Shown: positions 1 to 8,499 of the stretch, piece by piece | Layout of the letters: each line of letters starts with the position of its first letter | How positions within the stretch are numbered: position 1 is the stretch's first letter | NCBI GenBank assembly: GCA_045106415.1 | Contig: JBGCEP010000064.1 | Span: 1 to 21,672 of the forward strand | Length of the DNA: 21,672 bases | Source: Oligoflexales bacterium | GTDB lineage: Bacteria > Bdellovibrionota_B > Oligoflexia > Oligoflexales > Bog-1112 | Direction: 5' to 3' | Program-made: the position numbers and the translations under genes | The notes under the pieces: model-generated | Seen by the model: only the letters and a program-made list of their open reading frames with translations | Told to the model about the DNA's origin: nothing | Database searches by the model: none

Positions 1-918
1 CGTATAAACAGAAACAGTATCGCCTTTTGATACAGGATCTAGAGATAAAATAGGGGTAGAGTTTAAAGATGCTGTTTTTTCTGTTGAAATTGTTTCAATT
101 TCTTGTGCACCGAGAATAAAAGAGCCGATAAAATTTTCTGGTACGAAACAAATAAGGTCACCTTTGAAGGTTCCTTTGTAAACAGTCTTATTTTTATCCC
201 AACCTATAAAAGTCATTGTTGTAATGTTTTTAGAGTCTAAGGACCAACAAATTTCAATACCCTTACTTAACCATTCAGAAATTTCTTGGCCAAAGTCACC
301 TAGGATTCCACCTTCCATAACACCAGGTTTGTCTGCGTTTTCAATGAAATAGATTTGATCTTTATTAAGAGAGGTAGAATCATAGGCCATTTGAATCGTG
401 CCGTATGAGAAATCTTTTGTATAAGTTAAGGTCTCTCCAAGTTGATTTTTTTCGCTTAACACGAGAGAAAAAATGCCTGGAATCGATCTTGTCTGGATAC
501 AGAGTGCCTCAGAAGATTGAACCCCCTCAACTTCAGTGCCATCACCACCCTCTAAATCACTGATTTTGACTTTCGCGCCACCTAAGGCTCCCGCTGGAAG
601 ATTCATACAGACTTCAATGTCTTTTTGAATATTTGGAGTTGAAGACTGATTGTTCATAGCGCTTATAATGAATGCTCTCTCGCCGGTGTCTTGAATATCA
701 ATCTTGACAGGGGAGTCAAAAGTGTTTCTTTTAACATTCACAGTGCCATTCAATGTTTGAATGCTGGTATCTTCTGTATGTGCAATAATTTTTGATGTCG
801 ATGCTGACTTTACACCAGTGTCAATTCCGCTGAGGGATCTTGAGTTCGTTACTTTTGAATCTTCACATGCACCTAGTGCTATAACTATAAGAAGTAAAAA
901 CCGTAAGAAGATCATCAT
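1..918 (-). CDS. Hypothetical lipoprotein, 3' end beyond the window edge
   Basis: Not in the ORF track because it has no stop in the window. Manual translation from ATG 918 gives MMIFLRFLLLIVIALGA|CEDSKVTNSRSLSGIDTGVKS..., open to base 1 (306 codons). Lipobox LGA-C; GGAG just upstream. Confidence 0.85.
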   Translation of the reverse strand, partial: MMIFLRFLLLIVIALGACEDSKVTNSRSLSGIDTGVKSASTSKIIAHTEDTSIQTLNGTVNVKRNTFDSPVKIDIQDTGERAFIISAMNNQSSTPNIQKDIEVCMNLPAGALGGAKVKISDLEGGDGTEVEGVQSSEALCIQTRSIPGIFSLVLSEKNQLGETLTYTKDFSYGTIQMAYDSTSLNKDQIYFIENADKPGVMEGGILGDFGQEISEWLSKGIEICWSLDSKNITTMTFIGWDKNKTVYKGTFKGDLICFVPENFIGSFILGAQEIETISTEKTASLNSTPILSLDPVSKGDTVSVYT

Positions 919-949
919 AAACTCCAGACTCTTGCAAACTCACCAGCCG

Positions 950-976
950 TCTCGGTCTTCTCCTGCAATTAGTTAA
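950..976 (-). promoter_or_regulatory. Putative sigma-28 (FliA)-type promoter
   Basis: Minus strand reads TTAAC-N16-CCGAGA about 31 nt upstream of ATG 918, resembling the FliA consensus TAAA-N15-GCCGATAA. Same geometry as the site at 21457-21483. Confidence 0.45.
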
Positions 977-1183
977 GTTTTTTCTTATAGCATCGCTTCG
1001 ACCTATTGAACCTACAACCTAAAGCATTGATTTTAAAAATAATTTCAGTATGATACTCCAAGTGTCATTGGGTAATATATGCCAAATGAACGTAACCTCT
1101 ATTTGGCCTAAACACCTCCAATAACTAGGAGGGGCCAAAATAAAACCCAGATCAGGCAGAATAAAGAAAAGATATTTCTCAAG

Positions 1184-1795
1184 TATCACATTATAGATAT
1201 CAACGGTTTATTGATTAAAAAATCTTCATTCCCACGCAGAGCCCCTCCAAAGGCGGGTAAGATTGTCACGCTACACTCAAATACACATTGATGCTCTAAC
1301 GCCTATAAAATTAATGCTTTAATGAAGAAAAAGCCTACGTTACATTCGTTTTAGATGGCCATGATAAAGAATGCCACGCATATGTGGCAAGAAAATAGCC
1401 CCCCTGCGAGCTCTCGATATTTAAAAACTTATGATAAGGGCTGTTGAGCATCGCTTTCTCACTTATAGAGCACCGCAACAAATTTAAATTTATCCGATCG
1501 AGGCTCAATCTATAGAGCTTTAGAGACAGTGGAATTGGTTGTAAGTTGCATCTAACAAGCTTTTTCACGGCAGCGCATAGCCCTGAATCTAATGGTATAT
1601 CCGAAGCTTTTGTTGCAACATCTAAGCGAGATTATGTATACACCTCTGGCTGCTATGATGCAGACACTGTTCTTCAGCTCATTCTTCAGTGATATCGCGA
1701 TTACAATGAAAACGCTCCACACTCAGGGTTGGGAATGAAGAGCCCTGTTTGGTAGGAAATTTATGAACTGAGGTGTCTAGCCAATTGGGATCCAA
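1184..1795 (+). mobile_element. Degenerate IS3-family (IS2 group) OrfB/integrase-core remnant with probable right end
   Basis: Fragments across frames: GKIVTLHSNTH*CSN, TFVLDGHDKEC, AVEHRF, LSDRGSIYRALET, TAAHSPESNGISEAFVATSKRDY, YNENAPHSGLGMKSP. These are collinear with IS2 OrfB motifs (WCSDG, FALDCCDRE, LTDNGSCY, SPESNGIAESFVKTIKRDY, YNEWHPHSALGYRSP). Several stops and frameshifts. TGTCT...GGGATCCA near 1774-1794 loosely resembles an IS2-type right end. Confidence 0.85.
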
Positions 1796-1948
1796 AAAAA
1801 ATTGTAAGTTCTTATTTTTATGTCTTTATTGAGAAACCCTTCAGAATAACAGCTAAGCCCCTCGGTGTGTTGCATAATATACATGTCATGAACATCTGTT
1901 TTCGTTTATACATGTCAGGCTCGAATGTCTCACTTTGCAGGAGCTCGC

Positions 1949-4393
1949 ATGAATTTAGATGCTTTCACACGATATATGCACGATAACTATCAAGGCTGCA
2001 TTGAACAAAAAGAAACTCTACCTTCAGAGGATCCTTCTTTTGTTTCATGGCCTAATGGATTGAATGAAAAAATAAAATTATACTTGCAGCACAATCATAT
2101 TCACAGCCTTTACAGCCATCAGTTGGCAACATTTGAATCTTTGCGTAAAAAACATAACACAGTCGTCGTCGCTGGAACAGCAAGTGGGAAAACGCTCTCG
2201 TTTCTTCTACCTATCCTACAGAGTTATAGCGAAGAAAATTTCTCAACACTTCTTCTCTATCCGACAAAAGCACTTTCGAGAGACCAAGAAGGAAAACTTC
2301 GTCATATGGTAAAAGCCATCTCTGGTAAAGAGTCTATCGGCACTTTTGATGGTGATACTTCTATTGAGGATCGAAAAAATCTTCAGCAACAAGCAGATTT
2401 TGTTATTACAAACCCTGATATGCTCCACAGTGGCATTTTACCCGGTCACTTAAAGCGTTGGAAAAGCTTTTTATCTCGACTCAAATATATCGTTATAGAT
2501 GAAGTCCATATTTATCGCGGAGCCTTTGGTTCTCATGTCTCAAACGTCATTCGTAGACTCCTTAGGGTTTGTGAGCTCCATGGAGCAAACCCTACTTTTA
2601 TTGTATCTTCTGCAACCATAGCAAACCCTAAAGAGCATGCGGAAAATCTTTGTCATCTGCCTTTTCACCTTGTGCATGAAGATGGCTGTGCAAAACCTGA
2701 ACGAGACATTTATCTTCTCAATCCTCCGCTTGTTAAAAACGCTCAAGAGGCTTGGGTACGAAAAGGGCCGGGTTCCATTTCTGTGCCTTTACTTAAGAAG
2801 GCGACACAACTCGGCGTGCGTACCATTTGCTTCGTTCAATCTCGTCAAACTGTAGAAAGGCTCGTAAGATCTGTACGGGAAAGCCTCCCTACTCACCTAC
2901 GAGACAAGGTTCAACCTTACCGTGGAGGGCTTCTTCCTTCAGAGAGAAGAGGCTTAGAAAAAAGAATTTTCCACGGCGAGGTCTCTACAATTATTACCAC
3001 TAGCGCTCTAGAGCTTGGTATCGATATTGGCGATTTGGATATTTGCTTGTTATCTGGTCACCCAGGATCTATTGCAAGTTTTTGGCAAAGAGCTGGGAGA
3101 GTCGGTCGAAAAGGTCAAAAATCAGCAATTATTTTTCTTGCTCATAATAATTCGACAGATCAGTTTATGGTTAGAAACCCTGATTTTTTAACTTCACAAA
3201 AAATCGAAAAAGCCTGGCTAAACGCCAATAATTCTTATGTTTTTTTACAACATCTTCCGTGCGCTGCTTGGGAATCCCCGCTCAAAGACCAAGAAAAATT
3301 TTTCCCTAATGAACTCTACGATGAAGCACGTGAACTCCTTATTGAGGATAAAACACTTGCTCCTTTTCATAACAGCTGGCGCTATGCCCTTGAAGACTTC
3401 CCTAGCCGCGGCGTCAATCTTCGAGGATTGAATAATCATAATATTCAAATTATTCACCAGGGTGTTGTCATCGGTGAAATTGATCCTATAGGTGCTCGAG
3501 GCTCTCTCTACAAAGACGCGATATATCAGCACCTTGGTCGTCGATATATGTCTATCAACCTCGATCTCGACCAAAAGACATGCCAAGTCGAGCTGGTGCA
3601 GCTCGACTACTATACCGAATGTGTTTGGGAAGGGCGTTGTGAACACACGAATATCTTTTCAGAAAAAAATGTTTTCGGCTCAAATCTTCGTTATGGTGAA
3701 ATCTACGTCAACAAACAGCCTAAGCTCTATAAAAAAATCCGCGAAAGAAGTTTTGAAAACATAGGCTATGGCCCTATCACTTTAAAAGCATTCACCTATA
3801 CAACAAGTGGTATCAGCTTGATGATGAGCCCAGATTTTAGAAAAAAACTTCATGCACAAGACCCAAAAATGGTTGAAGCCGCAGCTTATGGTCTTTCTTA
3901 CCTCATTAAACAAATCGCTCCTTCTCTTTGCATGGCTGACAGAAATGATTTTGAGGCTGACGTCTCTATTGAAAAACATCAAGAACAAGAAGATGCAGCT
4001 ATTTTTCTTTATGACAAACTCGAAGGAGGTGTTGGTTATGGAGAAATTATCTTTCACTCTATTGGAGAGGTCTTAAAGCACAGCCTCAGCGCAATTACGC
4101 ACTGCGCTTGCTCGATGGGTTGCCCTGCTTGCATTCCACCCAAGCCCCCTGGAGTGGTTGACATTGACGAAGATATTGAAATGTATTTTATGACAAGCAA
4201 CGCTTGTGTCGAAGCAACAAAAAGCTGGTTACATCATCTCATCGAAGGGGTTTGGATAGCTCCAAAAATCAAAACCGAAAAACTAGCATCTCCTGCTACA
4301 CATATGCAAACAAACCCTGAAGCTATCATCAGACATCAACAGTTGAGTAGCGCAGCTCGTATTCTGCGAAAAAAAAGATTACAAAATCACTAG
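1949..4393 (+). CDS. DEAD/DEAH-box helicase with C-terminal DUF1998 Zn-binding domain (MrfA/YprA/Hrq1/SftH family)
   Basis: Motifs LYSHQ, GTASGKT, YPTKAL, TNPDMLH, DEVH, SAT, TSALELGIDIG, QRAGRVGR; C-terminal LC...YD..EGGVG...CACSMGCPAC. Start placed at ATG 1949 (AGGAG 6 nt upstream); ATG 1925 is an alternative. Confidence 0.93.
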   Translation: MNLDAFTRYMHDNYQGCIEQKETLPSEDPSFVSWPNGLNEKIKLYLQHNHIHSLYSHQLATFESLRKKHNTVVVAGTASGKTLSFLLPILQSYSEENFSTLLLYPTKALSRDQEGKLRHMVKAISGKESIGTFDGDTSIEDRKNLQQQADFVITNPDMLHSGILPGHLKRWKSFLSRLKYIVIDEVHIYRGAFGSHVSNVIRRLLRVCELHGANPTFIVSSATIANPKEHAENLCHLPFHLVHEDGCAKPERDIYLLNPPLVKNAQEAWVRKGPGSISVPLLKKATQLGVRTICFVQSRQTVERLVRSVRESLPTHLRDKVQPYRGGLLPSERRGLEKRIFHGEVSTIITTSALELGIDIGDLDICLLSGHPGSIASFWQRAGRVGRKGQKSAIIFLAHNNSTDQFMVRNPDFLTSQKIEKAWLNANNSYVFLQHLPCAAWESPLKDQEKFFPNELYDEARELLIEDKTLAPFHNSWRYALEDFPSRGVNLRGLNNHNIQIIHQGVVIGEIDPIGARGSLYKDAIYQHLGRRYMSINLDLDQKTCQVELVQLDYYTECVWEGRCEHTNIFSEKNVFGSNLRYGEIYVNKQPKLYKKIRERSFENIGYGPITLKAFTYTTSGISLMMSPDFRKKLHAQDPKMVEAAAYGLSYLIKQIAPSLCMADRNDFEADVSIEKHQEQEDAAIFLYDKLEGGVGYGEIIFHSIGEVLKHSLSAITHCACSMGCPACIPPKPPGVVDIDEDIEMYFMTSNACVEATKSWLHHLIEGVWIAPKIKTEKLASPATHMQTNPEAIIRHQQLSSAARILRKKRLQNH

Positions 4394-4404
4394 GATCAAA
4401 GAAA

Positions 4405-5160
4405 ATGTGGATACAGCAAACATTCCGCCATTGTGAGGGAATCGGCCCTCGCTATGAACATCTCTTGCACTCACAAGGAATCACCCATTGGGATCAGAAA
4501 AACGACCTGTGGTCGACATCTCTTGGGATAAACTTAAAGCAATCGATTCCTCTAGAGATTCAGAAGTCAACCGAAGCTATGCTTCATGAGGATATTCAAT
4601 ACTTCATTGACAAACTTCCTCCGTGCCACCACTGGAGAGTTATGAAAGATTTTTGGGACGACATCTGTTGGATTGATATTGAAACCACAGGGCTTTCGCC
4701 ACATAAGGATCACATCACAATAGCAACAACTCTTTACAAAGGAGAGATGCAGCACTTTATCCGAAAAGAAAACTTAAAAGAACTACCTCAATTTCTCTCA
4801 GGTATAAAAGTTTTTGCTTCTTTTGGAGGTAGCCATTTTGATATTCCTCGTATCATAGAAGAGTTTCGTTTAGGCTTTTGGAAACCTCCTCATCTCGACC
4901 TCCGTTGGATCGCATATCATCAAGGCTATACTGGCGGACTTAAAAATATAGAGAACTCACTTGGAATTCCTCGTCCTACAGGTCTTCAACATACAAATGG
5001 TGCTGAAGCCGTTCAACTCTGGCACCAACACAAATATGGATCTCGCTCTGCACTTAAAAAATTGATTGCATACAGTAAAGCAGACGTAGATTCCCTTCCT
5101 ATCATTGCAGAAAAAATTCTCAATCAATATATATCAACACACGCTTCCATAAAGTCTTAA
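4405..5160 (+). CDS. RNase H-like (RNase_H_2/YprB, MrfB-like) DEDD 3'-5' exonuclease with N-terminal HhH-like segment
   Basis: WIDIETTGL, FDIP, HLDL, GGLKNIE..LGI.R, G.EAV.LW, YSKADV; N-terminal CEGIGP; starts 11 nt after the helicase stop. Confidence 0.88.
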   Translation: MWIQQTFRHCEGIGPRYEHLLHSQGITHWDQKNDLWSTSLGINLKQSIPLEIQKSTEAMLHEDIQYFIDKLPPCHHWRVMKDFWDDICWIDIETTGLSPHKDHITIATTLYKGEMQHFIRKENLKELPQFLSGIKVFASFGGSHFDIPRIIEEFRLGFWKPPHLDLRWIAYHQGYTGGLKNIENSLGIPRPTGLQHTNGAEAVQLWHQHKYGSRSALKKLIAYSKADVDSLPIIAEKILNQYISTHASIKS

Positions 5161-5251
5161 ACTGTGAACTAGAAAACTTCTTTATGATTTTTTCATATAC
5201 AACAAAATCATGAATTGATAATTTTCTTTATCATCTCATAAAGGGAACTGT

Positions 5252-6148
5252 ATGGCCTCGATATATCACATCACTCTATTCGCTCTGTGCTTTCTTTCTT
5301 TTTACACCGCGCATGCAGTTGACACAGGGAAACCCACCGAAGATTTTCGCAACTATCATGATAGCAATCGGCAACATGTAGTGGAACGGCACTATCAACT
5401 GATGCGCCAAAACCAAAATCTCGACTTTGTGAAAAAAATGGAAAGAAAATACCTCTGTTTCAATCATGGCAGCATGACGATTTGGGAAGCTTTCACAGCA
5501 CTCAAAGGTTATGTCGACTCTTCAGACCCAGACTCCTCTCTCCCCAATCTTGAGCATATGCTACAAACCGCTGAAGCAATTCGAGCACAAGGAGAACCTG
5601 AGTGGTTTCAACTCGTAGGGCTTCTTCACGATATGGGAAAAATTCAGTATTTATGGGGGCACCAAAAAGACGGCCAAGAAGGAACAGCTGAGGGTGATCA
5701 GTGGGCTTTAGGTGGAGACACATGGGTTGTTGGGTGTAAAATTCCGGAGTCTGTTGTGTTTCCTCACTTTAATATTCTTAATAAAGATCGATCGAACCCT
5801 AGCCTTAATACAAAGTACGGTCTCTATCAACCTCACTGCGGTTTTAAAAACCTCAAGTTCGCATGGGGGCATGATGAATACATGTATCAAATGCTAAAAC
5901 ACAACAATACGCATATTCCTGAAGTTGGACTTGCTGTCATACGCTATCACTCTTGCTATCCATGGCACCAAGAAGGCGAATACCAACATTTTATGAATGA
6001 AGAAGACAAAGAAAACCTCAAGTGGGTTCTTAAATTTAATCAGTTTGACCTATATACAAAAGCAGATAAAAGACCAAATGTAGAAGAACTGTGGCCGTAT
6101 TACCAAACTCTCATAGATAAGTACACACCGGGGAAACTACGCTGGTAA
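5252..6148 (+). CDS. Myo-inositol oxygenase (MIOX) family HD-domain diiron protein with predicted signal peptide
   Basis: FRNY, VDSSDPD, HMLQTAEAIR, WFQLVGLLHDMGK, QW..GDTW.VGC, WGHDEYMY, IRYHSCYPWH, FNQFDLYTK; SD AAGGGA before the ATG. Confidence 0.93.
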   Translation: MASIYHITLFALCFLSFYTAHAVDTGKPTEDFRNYHDSNRQHVVERHYQLMRQNQNLDFVKKMERKYLCFNHGSMTIWEAFTALKGYVDSSDPDSSLPNLEHMLQTAEAIRAQGEPEWFQLVGLLHDMGKIQYLWGHQKDGQEGTAEGDQWALGGDTWVVGCKIPESVVFPHFNILNKDRSNPSLNTKYGLYQPHCGFKNLKFAWGHDEYMYQMLKHNNTHIPEVGLAVIRYHSCYPWHQEGEYQHFMNEEDKENLKWVLKFNQFDLYTKADKRPNVEELWPYYQTLIDKYTPGKLRW

Positions 6149-6166
6149 ACAAGAAACGTAGCGAAT

Positions 6167-6205
6167 AAAAAAGTCCTGATTTCATTGCTAAACATCAGGA
6201 CTTTT
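6167..6205. terminator. Bidirectional intrinsic terminator between convergent genes
   Basis: Perfect 12-bp inverted repeat AAAAGTCCTGAT (6169-6180) / ATCAGGACTTTT (6194-6205), A-tract on the left and T-tract on the right, lying between the MIOX stop and the flavoprotein stop. Confidence 0.75.
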
Positions 6206-6214
6206 AACAATTTT

Positions 6215-7477
6215 TTACTCAACCATCGTAATTTTTAATTTTAAATCACGCTCTTTTTCCGCAATAGAACCAGCAGCAAGCCACGCTGTAGTCCAAGCGT
6301 TTTGAAAGTTAAAACCGCCTGTAATTCCATCAATATTAAGTATTTCACCACAAAAATATAGATTTTGATGAAGTTTACTTTCCATCGTTCGGAAGTCGAC
6401 CTCTTTACAAGAAACCCCGCCACTGGTTACAAACTCTTCCTTAAAAACGCCTTTTCCCTGAATATGAAGTTGGCACTCACATAAAAGAGAACTCAATGAC
6501 TCTACTTGGTGAGTCGACAATTGTGCCCAAAGTTGTTCTGGATCAAGATCAACCAACTCTAAAACTCGAAACCAAAACCTTTTAGGAACATCAAAGGGAT
6601 TTTTTTTACCCATCATATTTTTAGAACAATGTTTCTTTTGCTGCAAAAGCGTTTCAACCACTTTTGTTTTCTTCCAGCCAAGCCAATTCACTTGAACAGG
6701 GGCATGATAGTTTTCTTGAAACAACTCTCGTGCTGCAAATGCTGATAACTTCAACACAGCAGGACCACTTAGCCCCCAATGAGTCATCAAAACAGGACCG
6801 ACCTGTTGGAATTTTTTCTTGCCTATTTTCAAGTCTACACACGCAGCAGGAAAACTTAAACCTGATAAATCTTTTAAAATTGGATTTTCAATCTCAAAGG
6901 TGAACAGTGATGGCATCGGATCAACCATCACATGACCAAGTTCAAAAGCCAGCTTATATCCTTGCGGCATTCCTCCTGTAGCAATCACAAGATATCGCGC
7001 CTTCAGTTCTCTTCCTTGTGATAAAAAAACCTTCCAACCCTTTGGCGTTTTTTCAACTCGTTGAACAAGAGCTCCTTTTTCAAGGTGAATACCGAGTTGG
7101 TCTATTTTTTTTAAAAAAAGATCAATAATTGTCGTACTTTTATGAGAAGCTGGAAACATCCTACCGTCTGCTTCCACCACAGTTTCGACCCCGTGATCTT
7201 TCAACCACTGAATCATATCTTGAGGCTGAAACTTGTGAAATGGGCCAAGAAGCTCTCTTTGACCTCTGGGGTAAGATTTCACAAGATTTTTAGGTTCAAA
7301 ACAATGGTGTGTGACATTACAGCGCCCTCCTCCTGAAACTTTTACTTTCGTTAAAGGACGACGCGTGGCTTCCAAGACCGTACAACGAAGGTTTGAGTGC
7401 TGGCTTACTGCCTGTATGGCTGAAAAACATCCTGCCGCTCCGGCACCTATAACGATAAGATCTTGGTCATCATTCAC
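6215..7477 (-). CDS. NAD(P)/FAD-dependent oxidoreductase, HI0933/YhiN/BaiN family
   Basis: IGAGAAG, KVKVSGGGRCNVT, EADGRMFP, ATGG, THWGLSGPAVL, VTSGGV, TMESK, GEILNIDGITGGFNFQNAW; GTG start. Confidence 0.93.
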   Translation of the reverse strand: MNDDQDLIVIGAGAAGCFSAIQAVSQHSNLRCTVLEATRRPLTKVKVSGGGRCNVTHHCFEPKNLVKSYPRGQRELLGPFHKFQPQDMIQWLKDHGVETVVEADGRMFPASHKSTTIIDLFLKKIDQLGIHLEKGALVQRVEKTPKGWKVFLSQGRELKARYLVIATGGMPQGYKLAFELGHVMVDPMPSLFTFEIENPILKDLSGLSFPAACVDLKIGKKKFQQVGPVLMTHWGLSGPAVLKLSAFAARELFQENYHAPVQVNWLGWKKTKVVETLLQQKKHCSKNMMGKKNPFDVPKRFWFRVLELVDLDPEQLWAQLSTHQVESLSSLLCECQLHIQGKGVFKEEFVTSGGVSCKEVDFRTMESKLHQNLYFCGEILNIDGITGGFNFQNAWTTAWLAAGSIAEKERDLKLKITMVE

Positions 7478-7757
7478 GATAGCCCCTTATAAAAATTCAG
7501 AGGCAACATAGCACCTGAATACTTGTCTTAAAACTTATTTTATTTCATGACTGGATGGGACAAAATGCTAACAAAACTATGAGCAAAACACTCAAAAAAA
7601 CTCCACTTGGTTCTATCGGAAATGATAAATAAGTCGCTCATGTCAGACCTCTTATTTCAGACACTCGCTTTAAACGTTTTCCGTCATATATAACATTATT
7701 TGGAGTTATTTTATCGCATATTTAGTATGTTATCTCCAATATTGTTCGGAGATAAAA

Positions 7758-8257
7758 ATGCCGTAATTATACTCTTCTGATCTTAAAAATAAAATCATGG
7801 TTACCCTAGAAGACGGTTACAGCCCAACTTCAGCAGAGTAAGATATTTAAAATCTCTCGTAAAACCATTTATAATTGCCCGCTCAAGCTAGAAACAATAG
7901 AATCTCTACAGTATCAGACAAGTCGTCCTAAGCTGATGCCTGCAAAATTAGGATGTGTTGACATTTCATAAGGGCAACCATACGTACAGGCATGCCATGG
8001 CCAACATTCCTTCAAAATTCTGCTGCAATTTATCAAATATGGTCAAAGCGATGCTATACAACTATGGGATTTTTGATGCTTCTGGTCTTTCTGTCGATCA
8101 ATCACAAGATTTAAGTTGTACTGTTTATAAGGCAGCGAGGGAAGAGCAACAAACATTTTATGAATTATTTAAAATAACTCGCATCTTCTTTTTAAAAACT
8201 TTGTATGGAGTTCCTAGGAGAATTTTTTACGAGATCTTGCCAATACCCAAACGTTGA
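7758..8257 (+). mobile_element. Degenerate IS630-family transposase remnant (N-terminal HTH region)
   Basis: GGAGA-N5-ATG, then MP*LYSSDLKNKIM.. and frameshifted SKIFKISRKTIYN, matching the IS630-type pattern YSxDLR...IFKISRxTIYxW. Downstream YKAAREEQQTF resembles the YKERDEEKRxxF linker. Right boundary is uncertain. Confidence 0.6.
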
Positions 8258-8499
8258 ATTCATCTTAAAAAAATTGCTTTCCTTTTTTCTGCATTTATTA
8301 AAAAAATCATAATGACAAAAACCCTACATGACCTGCCGATTCTTAGTCAACAATTCATAATATCAATGAGAAGAAAGTCGCAGTCAAAACTTAATAGATC
8401 ACTGGCAAGAACAGTTAAGATTTAAGTAAATTTACAACAGTCAAGCTCATATTTTTACAACGTCAAAAATCGATATTCAAATCTATGATGAGCACACTT

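Noticed and set aside
1335..1568. 77-aa minus-strand ORF (likewise 10296-10511)
   Set aside because: Antisense to decayed transposase sequence.
1949..5160. DUF1998 helicase as part of a DISARM, Druantia or Dpd defence system
   Set aside because: No methylase, PLD nuclease, SNF2 helicase or other partner is present. The fused helicase-DUF1998 plus YprB-like nuclease matches the MrfAB repair arrangement.
7955..8257. 100-aa ORF as an independent gene
   Set aside because: It lies within the IS630 remnant and appears to be a fragment of it.
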